From Geopsychrobacteraceae bacterium (GTDB lineage Bacteria > Desulfobacterota > Desulfuromonadia > Desulfuromonadales > Geopsychrobacteraceae): a stretch of 64,000 nucleotides of DNA. A program made the translations under genes and the position numbers. Position 1 is the first letter of the stretch. Each line of letters opens with the position of its first letter. The notes under the pieces are model-generated. The model worked only from the letters and a program-made list of their open reading frames with translations, was not told where the DNA came from and did no database searches. The stretch lies in the NCBI GenBank assembly GCA_963662315.1, contig OY759353.1, forward strand, positions 3,872,001 through 3,936,000, in the 5' to 3' direction. Positions 30,010 to 39,091 of this stretch are shown here, piece by piece.

Positions 30010-31050
30010 CTATGGCTCTGGCAGGTTGGGGACGTCTGATCCGAGCAGTATGGCCAGCCAGCGGGTCGATTCATTCACTTCCAGAGCAATTTTTACAATC
30101 ATGGTCAGCGGCACGGAAAGCAGCATGCCGACCGGTCCCAGAATCCAACCCCAGAAAACCAAAGAGAGAAAGACCACCAGCGCAGACAAGCCAAGCTTCT
30201 GTCCCATCATGCGCGGTTCAATGATACTCCCCATAACCAGATTGGTTGCCAGATAGACCAGCGCGACCAGCAATGACGGGAAAATCCCAAGTTGCACCAG
30301 GGCGAGTAAAATAGCCGGAATCGCCGCGATAATCGAGCCGATATTGGGAACGTAATTAAGCAGAAACGCGATCATGCCCCACAATAACGGGTAGTCAAGA
30401 CCGAGCAGGAGCAGGGCTACCGCGATGACAATCCCGGTTACAAAGCTGACCAGGGTCTTAATGGCCAGATACTGTTTGACACCATCGACGAACAGATCGA
30501 AGGTCGCCAGGGATGTATCGGCATCGAGCAGGGCGGCCCGCAGTTTTCCCGGCATGCCAGCTGCTTCGAGGAGGATGAAAATAACGGTGAGCAGAATCAT
30601 GAACGAGTTGGTCAGCACCCCGCCGGCGGTGGCCAGCATACTGGCTGCTGATTGCATGATGGCACCCGGGTCGAAATGTTCAAGAATAATATTTTTTGAC
30701 AAGTGAATACCGAAGGATTCAAGCCAGGTGAACATCTCGAGGGTCTGCAGACGTAACTTCTGCTGGTAGGTCGGTAGTTGGGTGGTGAAATCATTTACCG
30801 ATGTTCCGACTATGGTCAGGACCCCCAGGCCACCGAGCATGACCACGGAGATAACAATAAGCATGGCCAGAGACGCCGGTACTTTTCTTTTTTGGAGCCA
30901 GAAAAAAGGACCGGCGCAGATGATCGAAATAAAAAAAGCCAGTAAAAATGGGACGATCAGAGCCTGTGCAGTTTTAAGGCCGGCAAAGATAATGATCAAT
31001 GCCGCCAGGATCAGCAGTACACGGTTGCTTTTATGAGGAGTTTTGGACAT
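30010..31050 (-). CDS. AI-2E family transporter
   Basis: LNYVPNIGSIIAAIP, IEPRMMG, SLVFWGWILGPVGMLLSVPLT. Confidence 0.92.
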   Translation of the reverse strand: MSKTPHKSNRVLLILAALIIIFAGLKTAQALIVPFLLAFFISIICAGPFFWLQKRKVPASLAMLIVISVVMLGGLGVLTIVGTSVNDFTTQLPTYQQKLRLQTLEMFTWLESFGIHLSKNIILEHFDPGAIMQSAASMLATAGGVLTNSFMILLTVIFILLEAAGMPGKLRAALLDADTSLATFDLFVDGVKQYLAIKTLVSFVTGIVIAVALLLLGLDYPLLWGMIAFLLNYVPNIGSIIAAIPAILLALVQLGIFPSLLVALVYLATNLVMGSIIEPRMMGQKLGLSALVVFLSLVFWGWILGPVGMLLSVPLTMIVKIALEVNESTRWLAILLGSDVPNLPEP

Positions 31051-31192
31051 GACTCTGATATCCGGTACTTTATCAGTGAAGAGTTCTATCGACTTTGACG
31101 GGTTCCACTCAAATAAACCGCATGTCTGATGTCCTTGTCAATAACTTCAGAAAACCGGAGTGATTTTTGTCGCAGCAGGGTACGGCTGGTGG

Positions 31193-31627
31193 TTATTTCA
31201 GTGTGCAGCGCAGCATTTTGACACCGTCCCGAAAGTAGACTTCCATTTTGTTGGGATTGATGGTGTTGATGACGCGTCCCATACCAAAAACCGAGTGTTG
31301 TATGATATCACCGGTTTTGAAAACGGTTTTAAAGCTGTAAGGAACAGCATCGGAGGCCTTGCTTTCGTTAAGCTGAGCGGCCCATTCCAGTTCAGTTTTT
31401 GCTACTTTGGCCGGCCTGCTGGCTGTCGATGATAGCGCACTTTTGTTGCGTTCCGATTTGACGGTGGGCGCTGCACTGCGGTAATTGTGAGTACTACCAC
31501 AGGTGTTGCATTCAACCCGAACTACCTTGCCGTCAACCATGGCAACGATGGTGTGGTTGGTGACATCTTTGCATTTACTGCACCGGGAGGCGATGTAATC
31601 TCCGGCGGATAATTTTTTTTCAGACAT
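31193..31627 (-). CDS. Uncharacterised protein: N-terminal Zn ribbon plus C-terminal Tudor/SH3-like domain
   Basis: CSKC...CNTC; C-terminal GDIIQHSVFGMGRV; AAGGAG RBS upstream. Confidence 0.8.
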   Translation of the reverse strand: MSEKKLSAGDYIASRCSKCKDVTNHTIVAMVDGKVVRVECNTCGSTHNYRSAAPTVKSERNKSALSSTASRPAKVAKTELEWAAQLNESKASDAVPYSFKTVFKTGDIIQHSVFGMGRVINTINPNKMEVYFRDGVKMLRCTLK

Positions 31628-31758
31628 ACATACTCCTTGGGAAAGGGACCCGTTTTACCCTTTGCTCGTCGCACTGTCAATCCTCTTTCCTGGTGGATCG
31701 TCAAAAATAAGGTTGTGCCTGTGGCATAGACGGGGGGATTCTGGGAGTTGCAGCAGTG

Positions 31759-32970
31759 TTAAAGGCGATGAATTTCTTGCGCCCATTTAACCGCATCAAG
31801 ATACACCTGTGGTAGCAGCTGCTCGTCAATGCCAAGTTTTGCAGCATTATCGGACAGGCTGTCCCATTCCCCCTTCTCCATGGCTTTGACGAGTTCAAGG
31901 ATGTGGCCCAGTGGTCCTGTTGCATTGACCAAGGCGGCCTGAATATCCTCTTCAACCTGAATTTCATTAAGAATCTCGTCAATGGGGCGGGACATGATTA
32001 CGTCAAGCAGGGAGAACAATCCCATCAGAAACATATCGTCTTTGCGGCCTCCAAAGCCACTGGGTTGAGCCAGTTGTTCACACAGGCGCGCCCGAATCAG
32101 GGAACTATTGACCAGTTCCGCTGGTTTGTCGTCGGCCATAAAGGAAATGGAGAGCAGTGACACCCAGGAACGAATTTCCCGCAGTCCCAGTAAGGACAGA
32201 GCCTGGATTATCGAGGTAACGCGATGACGCAGGGCAAAAGCTGCAGAGTTGATCAGCTTCAGGAGTTTGTAGCTTAGGGAAACTTCACTCTGGATGGTCT
32301 TGCCCAGTTTCTGAAAATCCACTTCGGCAGCATGGACATCCCTGAGAATACGCATGAACTGCATTTTATTTGTGGGGATGTCTTTACGTGAGATGATAAC
32401 CGGCTTGGCAAAGAAGTAGCCCTGGAAATATTGATATCCCATCTGTCTGGCTTGTTCGTAAACCTCGTGGGTTTCCACTTTTTCGGCCAGCATTTTGATG
32501 CCGCGCGGGATCATGGTTTTGGCAAGGCGCTCCTGCTCCTGAACATCACTCAATAAAAAATCAACCTTGATGATGTCAGCCAGGTCGAGCAGCGGTTCAT
32601 AATTTTTGTGGTAGACAAAATCATCAAGGGCCAGAATGTACCCCTGTTGCTTCAATTTCTGACAGGCCGCAATCAGGGTTGGGTCTGGTTCGACATCCTC
32701 AAGAACTTCTACGACAACCTGCTGGCGCGGCAGGGTGGTCATCAACTCTTCGGTCAGGACCCGGTAGGTACAGTTAATAAAGGCCCTTGTCCCTCCGGTC
32801 ATTTCGTTCAGATCGAAGAGCAGGTTGCTGTTGGCGATAACACTGGCTGCTGCGTGGTCCTGATCATCACAGTCAAAATAATTGTGCAGGCCCGAGCGAA
32901 ACAGCAATTCATAGGCGTATACACGCCCTTTGGTATCGAAAATAGGCTGTCTGGCTATGAAGTGTTCCAA
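31759..32970 (-). CDS. EAL plus HDOD domain protein (YuxH/PdeH-like)
   Basis: ARQPIFD, YELLFR, EVLE, ALDDF, KVD, AEKVE, QGYFF; HDOD region LLKLINSAAF and FLMGLFSLLD. Confidence 0.92.
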   Translation of the reverse strand: MEHFIARQPIFDTKGRVYAYELLFRSGLHNYFDCDDQDHAAASVIANSNLLFDLNEMTGGTRAFINCTYRVLTEELMTTLPRQQVVVEVLEDVEPDPTLIAACQKLKQQGYILALDDFVYHKNYEPLLDLADIIKVDFLLSDVQEQERLAKTMIPRGIKMLAEKVETHEVYEQARQMGYQYFQGYFFAKPVIISRKDIPTNKMQFMRILRDVHAAEVDFQKLGKTIQSEVSLSYKLLKLINSAAFALRHRVTSIIQALSLLGLREIRSWVSLLSISFMADDKPAELVNSSLIRARLCEQLAQPSGFGGRKDDMFLMGLFSLLDVIMSRPIDEILNEIQVEEDIQAALVNATGPLGHILELVKAMEKGEWDSLSDNAAKLGIDEQLLPQVYLDAVKWAQEIHRL

Positions 32971-33172
32971 GATTTAAGTCCTTTATTGGTCCTGAAGTGA
33001 TTACCCGGAGTCAATCAGTGAATATGAAAATTCTATAATGATTGAGGGTTAAATGCAATTAACTTCTGTCTTATCTCAACTATTGACGAGAAAATTTTAA
33101 TCAGATAGTCTGCGTATCGGGACATCATGGATTATATCATTCAATTCACTATTTTCTAAAGGGTATGCGCTT

Positions 33173-33487
33173 ATGAAGAAACTGGTTTTGCTCATTGCAG
33201 TTATGGTTATATGTATTGTCACTGCAGCTGTTGCTGTCCCTCCTGGTAAAGAGTTGAAATTCGATAAGAGTTCCATGGGGGTCGTGACTTTTTCCGGAAC
33301 AATCCACAAAGATGCTGGGGTCAGTTGTAAGGAATGTCACAACAAGGATGTCTTTCCGAAAATGAAGAAGGGGACGGTTGAGATCACCATGGCTAAGATT
33401 TATGCTGGCGAGCTGTGTGGAACCTGCCACAATGGAGGTCGGGCTTTTGAAGCGAAAAAGAACTGCACGCGTTGCCACAAAAAATAG
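33173..33487 (+). CDS. Periplasmic triheme c7-type cytochrome
   Basis: Signal peptide; three CXXCH motifs (CKECH, CGTCH, CTRCH). Confidence 0.92.
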   Translation: MKKLVLLIAVMVICIVTAAVAVPPGKELKFDKSSMGVVTFSGTIHKDAGVSCKECHNKDVFPKMKKGTVEITMAKIYAGELCGTCHNGGRAFEAKKNCTRCHKK

Positions 33488-33513
33488 TTTTCAGCCCCTG
33501 ATATAGAATGTCT

Positions 33514-33549
33514 AAAAAGGTTTGTATCTTCGGATACAGACCTTTTTTT
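33514..33549 (+). terminator. Intrinsic terminator with a UUCG tetraloop
   Basis: AAAAAGGTTTGTATC-TTCG-GATACAGACCTTTTTTT. Confidence 0.9.
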
Positions 33550-33658
33550 ACGCCAATCTTTGCCGGTGCGAATATCTCTTGTCTTTACTGTATGGGGGGT
33601 ATTAATGTGAGCCGGTTATGCACTCCTGAAAATTAATATGCGACAAGGTTGTTCAAGT

Positions 33659-34345
33659 ATGATCATGCAGGGCACATTGGTAAATGTCGCCGCCGTGGTG
33701 GTTGGCAGTTTAATTGGCCGCCAGGCAGGTCAAATGGTGTCACCGCGCTTACGCCAGACGATGATGGCCGGATTGGGATTGGCCGTGTTGCTGATTGGTC
33801 TGCAGCTGTCCCTGCAAAGCCAGCAGTTGATGGTTGTGATCGGCAGCCTGATTTTCGGTGGCCTGGTTGGAGAGGTGATCGGAATTGAAAAGCGCCTGGT
33901 ACAGTTTGGCGAAGGATTACAGCATCGTTTTTCAGGTGTTGGCCCTATTGCTGAAGGCTTTGTTACCGCCAGCCTGCTGTTTTGTGTTGGTGCCATGGCT
34001 ATAATGGGGGCTTTGCAGGATGGTCTGGGGGACCGGCCGACAATTCTTTACGCAAAAGCCGCCCTTGACGGGGTCGCCGCTATTGCCCTGACCTCAACCC
34101 TTGGTATCGGCGTCATATTCTCGGCGTTGTCCCTGTTGCTTTATCAGGGGGCAATTACCCTTGTGGCCGGACTGGCAAAAATGGTCCTGACTGATGCCGT
34201 TGTCATTGAAATGAATGCCGTTGGCGGGTTACTGATTGTCGCTATTGCCATCGATCTGTTGGGCATTAAACGTCTGCCGGTTGGCAATTTGTTGCCGGCT
34301 GTATTTATCGCCGTTATCCTGATGTGGTCTTTTGGCATGGCTTAA
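33659..34345 (+). CDS. DUF554-family membrane protein
   Basis: GTLVN, EGFVTASLLFCVGAMAIMG, LYAKAALDG, GNLLPA; start uncertain (33638, 33659 or 33665). Confidence 0.88.
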   Translation: MIMQGTLVNVAAVVVGSLIGRQAGQMVSPRLRQTMMAGLGLAVLLIGLQLSLQSQQLMVVIGSLIFGGLVGEVIGIEKRLVQFGEGLQHRFSGVGPIAEGFVTASLLFCVGAMAIMGALQDGLGDRPTILYAKAALDGVAAIALTSTLGIGVIFSALSLLLYQGAITLVAGLAKMVLTDAVVIEMNAVGGLLIVAIAIDLLGIKRLPVGNLLPAVFIAVILMWSFGMA

Positions 34346-34459
34346 GTGATGGGTGTTGCCGAAAAACGAAAGGCTCTTTGTTGAGCCAGCACTACCTCCT
34401 TTTCAATGAGCTGCGCTAAGATTCGATTAAACAACGCACCAATAAAAAAGGAGTAAATT

Positions 34460-34633
34460 ATGTATACTGTATCTAAGCAAAAAGGTTTTAGTATTGCCGC
34501 ATTAGGTCGTGGTGTTGCGGAGTCTTTATATGGTTGGTCGGTTAGTATGAACAAAGCAAAACGCGCCCATGAACTCTCTGGTCGCAACCCTTTTGATGCT
34601 GAAGCCCTGAAAAAGGTTATGTTTGAAGACTAA
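34460..34633 (+). CDS. 57-aa small protein of unknown function
   Basis: AAGGAG RBS, then MYTVSKQKGFSIAALGRGVAESLYGWSVSMNKAKRAHELSGRNPFDAEALKKVMFED*; below the ORF-track cutoff. Confidence 0.65.
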   Translation: MYTVSKQKGFSIAALGRGVAESLYGWSVSMNKAKRAHELSGRNPFDAEALKKVMFED

Positions 34634-34787
34634 CCACCTCTAAAGGGAGGTGCATGGAAAGATTTGCTGTCGTCTTTCCTTGACGATTGCTTGCTATTGC
34701 ACGACAAGGGCATATGGCAAGACCTGTAGTGCATCGGTGTATCTGTGGTCTTAAAACTGGCCGCGACAGCATATTGATTTCCCGGAT

Positions 34788-34828
34788 ACCGGCAGGAGTA
34801 ACACTTACCCCTGCCGGTCCTGTTTTTT
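34788..34828 (+). terminator. Hairpin followed by a T-tract
   Basis: ACCGGCAGG-AGTAACACTTACC-CCTGCCGGT, then CCTGTTTTTT. Confidence 0.65.
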
Positions 34829-34930
34829 CCCGCTATTGTGGACAACTTCTTAAAATTTTTTCCGCAACTCGTGCTGATCTGAAACGCGGCATAGCTTCAA
34901 TCGTAATAAAGAAACATAGCCGAATTGGAT

Positions 34931-35803
34931 CTATTTGATCCGTTGGCAAAAGAGCCCTATGACAATCAGCACCAGGCCGACAAATGTTGCCGGAAGAATC
35001 GTTTCGCCCACCAGAAAATAGATAAAAAACAGCGATAAAAACGGTGACAGGAAAATAAGATTACTGATTTTGGCGGTATTGTCAGTCAGTTTCATCGCCA
35101 TCAGCCAGAGTACGAAACACGCCCCCATCTCAAAGGTTCCGACATAGGCGGCTCCCAGCAAGCCATAATAATGAGGCATGCGAATATTACTGCTGATCAG
35201 GTAGTAGCCAAGCACAAAGGGAAAACTGAACAGAAAGTTGATAAACAGTCCCACGACCGAGTCGCGGCGGTCGCGGGTGTTGAATATCCAGTACAAGGCC
35301 CAGATGACCGTGCTGAACAGTGCCAGGGCAACACCGAGCGGATCGGTAAAATGGAGGCTGAAGGGTTTGCCTTCCGTAGAGATAATAACGACGCCACCGT
35401 AGCTGACTATCAGGGCCAGCCACTGCTGCCAGCCGATTTTCTGTTTAAGGAACGGTACTGCGAGTAAAGAAAGGGTAATTGCCCAGGTGTAGTTCAGGGG
35501 TTGGGCTTGCTGAGCCGGAAGCAGAGCGTAGGCTTTAAACAGGACCAGATAATAAAGGAACGGGCTCAACAGACCGAGTACCAGAGATAACAGGTATTCA
35601 CGCCAGCTGCAACGGAAGACCTGTGCCAGCTTCCCCTGTGCCACCAGGATGACACCGAGCAAAATGGTCGAAAAAGATCCAGAAAAGAGCAGCAGCTCAA
35701 TCGGGGTCAGATAACGTAAAGCCAATTTGAAGGCAGTCGCTACCGTAGACCAGAGCAGAACAGCTGAAAGAGCAAAAAGCAGCGCTTTACGTTGTTGATT
35801 CAT
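34931..35803 (-). CDS. DMT/EamA family transporter
   Basis: About ten TM helices; LLWSTVATAFK, AQPLNYTW, NLIFLSP. Confidence 0.9.
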   Translation of the reverse strand: MNQQRKALLFALSAVLLWSTVATAFKLALRYLTPIELLLFSGSFSTILLGVILVAQGKLAQVFRCSWREYLLSLVLGLLSPFLYYLVLFKAYALLPAQQAQPLNYTWAITLSLLAVPFLKQKIGWQQWLALIVSYGGVVIISTEGKPFSLHFTDPLGVALALFSTVIWALYWIFNTRDRRDSVVGLFINFLFSFPFVLGYYLISSNIRMPHYYGLLGAAYVGTFEMGACFVLWLMAMKLTDNTAKISNLIFLSPFLSLFFIYFLVGETILPATFVGLVLIVIGLFCQRIK

Positions 35804-36695
35804 GCAAGGTCCTTATTTTTCTTCTACGGCGTAGCACGAGAACCACTAAGCCGGTGAAGATCAGAACAATTCCGAAACAGGCCTGAATATTCATCTGCTC
35901 TTTAAGGATAACAATCCCCAGGGTACCAGCGGTCATTGGTTCGGCCAGCGACAGGGTTGTTGCCGTGCCGACCTGTACTGACTGGAGGCCACGGGCAAAC
36001 AGCCAGTAGGCGAGAGCCATGGAAAAGAGTCCAAGGTGTAGAACCACGGCCACAGAACCCGGTTGTTGCAGCCAGTGCCAGTCAATCTGCATGAGGACGG
36101 GAAGCGACAGGATCGCACCCCCACAGGTGACAATGGCGACCACCGCACCGGGGGAGTGTTCCTCCAGAAGTCCTTTGATGACCAGGGTATAGGCTGCATA
36201 AGAGGCTCCTGCGCCGAGGGCCAGCACGATACCCATCGTATTTATGGCAACGTCCGTCGAACCACTCAGGGTCAGCAAAGAACAGCCGGCGATGGCCAGA
36301 CAGGTGGCAATGACCCAGCGTCGACTCGGTTTTTCAGCACGGAATACCAACCCCAGCATCCCCCCGGCAATCGGTGCACTACCGATGCCGACAATGGTTC
36401 CCACGGCAACACCGGTACGGGCCACTGCAGAAAAAAAGCATAATTGATAGATGGCCGTGAATGCCGAAGCCCAAAAAACGGGCCACAGTGGCCAGTCTTT
36501 CCAGTGACCGAGTTCCCGGCGCCGGACGGCGACCAGAAGCAGCGCTATGCCGCCAACCAGCAAACGCAGAGCGCCTATCACGTGTGAATCATAGCCTGTT
36601 GGGGCGAAAGCCTGGGCGGTTCCGGTGGTCCCCCACAGCAGGGCAGCGCCAAGCACAAACCAGACTCCAGTAGTTGTTGTTGACTGATTATTCAT
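35787..36695 (-). CDS. EamA family transporter
   Basis: ALLWGTTGTAQ, YQLCFFSAV..TGVAVGT, TLSLAEP; start MNNQ overlaps the upstream stop. Confidence 0.9.
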   Translation of the reverse strand: MNNQSTTTTGVWFVLGAALLWGTTGTAQAFAPTGYDSHVIGALRLLVGGIALLLVAVRRRELGHWKDWPLWPVFWASAFTAIYQLCFFSAVARTGVAVGTIVGIGSAPIAGGMLGLVFRAEKPSRRWVIATCLAIAGCSLLTLSGSTDVAINTMGIVLALGAGASYAAYTLVIKGLLEEHSPGAVVAIVTCGGAILSLPVLMQIDWHWLQQPGSVAVVLHLGLFSMALAYWLFARGLQSVQVGTATTLSLAEPMTAGTLGIVILKEQMNIQACFGIVLIFTGLVVLVLRRRRKIRTLHESTT

Positions 36696-38025
36696 GACTG
36701 CTCCTGGCCTGCGGATAACGGCGGGCAAACATGTTGAAAGTTTTCATCAGGCCGCTTATAGCACACAGACGGCCGAAGACATAAGCACTGGTCGCCGCGA
36801 TGGCGCCGGGCAAAGGTAAGTATAGCAGGGAAACAAATAGCAACAGGAAAACCGCACAGGCTTCGAGCGCTGTAGCCAACGATACCGGCCGGGTTTGTTT
36901 TGCCACAATCAGGACGGAGCGCTGAAAGCAGAAAAATACTGTTAGCGCCGGGAAAATTGCTGTGATCATCAGAGGCAGATTTGCGAAGTCAGAAAGTGTT
37001 TGACTGAGTCCTGATACCTGCTTGAACCAGATTTCACTAAGGGGGGTGAAGGCAATCAGGGCCAGGCAGCCTGAGGTGAAGACGGCCAGCCCACAGGCAA
37101 AGTTGCGTACCCGCACATAGTTCCGGGGATCTTCACCCAGCAAAGCAATGGCCACTTCCTGAAATGATAGACCCAGTGCACGAAAAATAAATGTCAGGCC
37201 GTAAATAACCGGCATAACAGCCAGAGATTCGACAGCCTGGAGACTTTTGCCCAGAAAAAAAGTGACCATTGGATGAATAGACAGCCCGATAAACGGCGTC
37301 AGTAACAAGGGCAGATAGTAATTCCAGATCTCCCGGTAGTTAAGCAGCTGCTGTTCTGCAGCCGCGGGTCTGTTCAGCACCTCGTTAATCGCCTGATGAG
37401 CAAGAAACCGGGTCAGGAGCGCTTCGCAGCTTACTCCAACGGACAATGACAGGGCACCGATGACGGCGCCTTCAAGGGGGCTGAAAAAATAGCCCAGCAG
37501 GGCGCATGCTGACATGCTGACCAGGCGTAGGAGCGTTCCCGTCGCCACGCGGCGGGTTTTGTGGGCGGCGATCAAGACCCCCTGGTAGAAACGCCTTATC
37601 CCAATGGCTCCGGGCCAGGGGAGCAGACAGAACAGTGCCAGGTGAATCAGGCGGGCAATATCCGCAGGCATGGCGAGAAATCTGCTTATCACCAGATCAA
37701 AGACTGGCGGCAGCAAAAAGACGCCAAGCGACAGGGTCACGAGCAAACTCAGCAGCAAAGAGAAGTTGCGCAGGCGCTGATAGCTTGTTCTACTGCGACA
37801 TAATGCCGTACTGGCACTCATCAGCATAATGACCGGGGATTCCGCGACCAGGGCGAAGGCATAAGCAACACCGTAAGCGGCAAGGTTGGCTTCTTCAGCA
37901 CCCAGGCGGGCAATGACGGCAGCCAGAAACGGACCTTCGATGGACATCATCAGCCAGGTCGTGGCCAGTGGGAACCAGAAACGGAAGATCTGGATGTAGC
38001 TTTGTGGTACGGGTTTGTCGGTCAT
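36688..38025 (-). CDS. MOP-superfamily (MATE/ANKH-like) membrane protein
   Basis: 445 aa, about 12 TM helices with a two-fold repeat (FRFWFPLA and WNYYLPLL); NLAAYGVAYAF. Confidence 0.75.
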   Translation of the reverse strand: MTDKPVPQSYIQIFRFWFPLATTWLMMSIEGPFLAAVIARLGAEEANLAAYGVAYAFALVAESPVIMLMSASTALCRSRTSYQRLRNFSLLLSLLVTLSLGVFLLPPVFDLVISRFLAMPADIARLIHLALFCLLPWPGAIGIRRFYQGVLIAAHKTRRVATGTLLRLVSMSACALLGYFFSPLEGAVIGALSLSVGVSCEALLTRFLAHQAINEVLNRPAAAEQQLLNYREIWNYYLPLLLTPFIGLSIHPMVTFFLGKSLQAVESLAVMPVIYGLTFIFRALGLSFQEVAIALLGEDPRNYVRVRNFACGLAVFTSGCLALIAFTPLSEIWFKQVSGLSQTLSDFANLPLMITAIFPALTVFFCFQRSVLIVAKQTRPVSLATALEACAVFLLLFVSLLYLPLPGAIAATSAYVFGRLCAISGLMKTFNMFARRYPQARSSHE

Positions 38026-38046
38026 GAGGGTGCCGGATTTCGTTGT

Positions 38047-38955
38047 TTAGCCGCCAATTTTGACAGTGAGACCATGGTCATTAAAGCAGCGTGTTGCCAG
38101 GCCAATTTCTTCTTGCGTGGGCTCTGCCAGGTTGTCGGCCCGGTAATTCTGACCCAGTTTGCGATATTTGTGTGCCGCTATAGCATGATACGGAAGTAAA
38201 TGAACAGTTCTTTTCGCGCCACTGAGGCGACTTAGAAACGCAGCGGTTCCGGCGATGTTCTCAGCATCGGTATTGACGCCGCTGATAAAGGGGATACGGA
38301 TATCGATGTTTGCCCCGCTGGCGGCCAGGGCGACCAGGTTGCCGAGGATCAGTTCGTTGTCGACCCCGGTAAATTGTTTGTGACGCCGTGAGTCGATCAG
38401 CTTAAGGTCGTAAAGAAACAGATCGGTGCGGTCGGCTACGGTCAGCAGTGTTTCGGTTTTAACATGGCCACAGGTGTCAACGGCGCGATGAATGCCTTCT
38501 TTACCGCAGGCATCAAGCAGGGGTATCAGGTAGTCCGGGTGGAGCAATGGTTCTCCGCCGGAGATGGTGATCCCGCCACCAGACTGGTCAAACTGGGGGC
38601 GCTCACGCTTGATGATCTCCATCAGGTCGGGGAGCATTTTATAAAATCCCGACAGCTCTGTTGCCAGGCTCGGGCAGATATCAGCACAAGCACCGCACAG
38701 ATTACAGCAGGTATTATCCGTTACCAGACCATTTTCTGTAAGGGTTATAGCCTGTTGAGGGCACCTTTTTATACATTCCTGGCAGCCAATGCACTTGCTG
38801 GCGGTGAACAGTTTTTGCTGCCGGAAGGAAATGCTCTCCGGGTTATGACACCACAGGCAATGGAGAGGGCAACCCTTGAAAAAAATGGTGACACGAATCC
38901 CGGGGCCATCATTTATCGAGTAGCGTTTGATGTCAAAAATCAGAGGGTGTGTCAT
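38047..38955 (-). CDS. Glycyl-radical enzyme activating enzyme with a ferredoxin insert
   Basis: DGPGIRVTIFFKGCPLHCLWCHNPES; two CxxCxxCxxxCP motifs; SGGEP. Confidence 0.96.
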   Translation of the reverse strand: MTHPLIFDIKRYSINDGPGIRVTIFFKGCPLHCLWCHNPESISFRQQKLFTASKCIGCQECIKRCPQQAITLTENGLVTDNTCCNLCGACADICPSLATELSGFYKMLPDLMEIIKRERPQFDQSGGGITISGGEPLLHPDYLIPLLDACGKEGIHRAVDTCGHVKTETLLTVADRTDLFLYDLKLIDSRRHKQFTGVDNELILGNLVALAASGANIDIRIPFISGVNTDAENIAGTAAFLSRLSGAKRTVHLLPYHAIAAHKYRKLGQNYRADNLAEPTQEEIGLATRCFNDHGLTVKIGG

Positions 38956-39023
38956 AGCTGGAAAAGGTCCTAAATTGTTTTTTTGAATTGCCTCTGGTGT
39001 GGAGGGCAGGGTTTAGCCACAAA

Positions 39024-39062
39024 GCTGGCAACCCCTCTTCATGTCGGAGAGGGGTTGCCAGC
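39024..39062 (-). terminator. 15-bp hairpin between the glycyl radical enzyme and its activase
   Basis: GCTGGCAACCCCTCT-N9-AGAGGGGTTGCCAGC; only TTT follows on the minus strand. Confidence 0.6.
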
Positions 39063-39091
39063 CTTTGATGCTATTGCAAGGTAATTAACGC

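Noticed and set aside
34346..34459. Possible riboswitch upstream of the 57-aa ORF
   Set aside because: Short stems exist (GGCTC/GAGCC) but I recognised no conserved aptamer motif; needs an Rfam scan.
34654..34683. 9-codon ORF MERFAVVFP after GGGAGGT
   Set aside because: RBS spacing is too short and nothing else supports translation.
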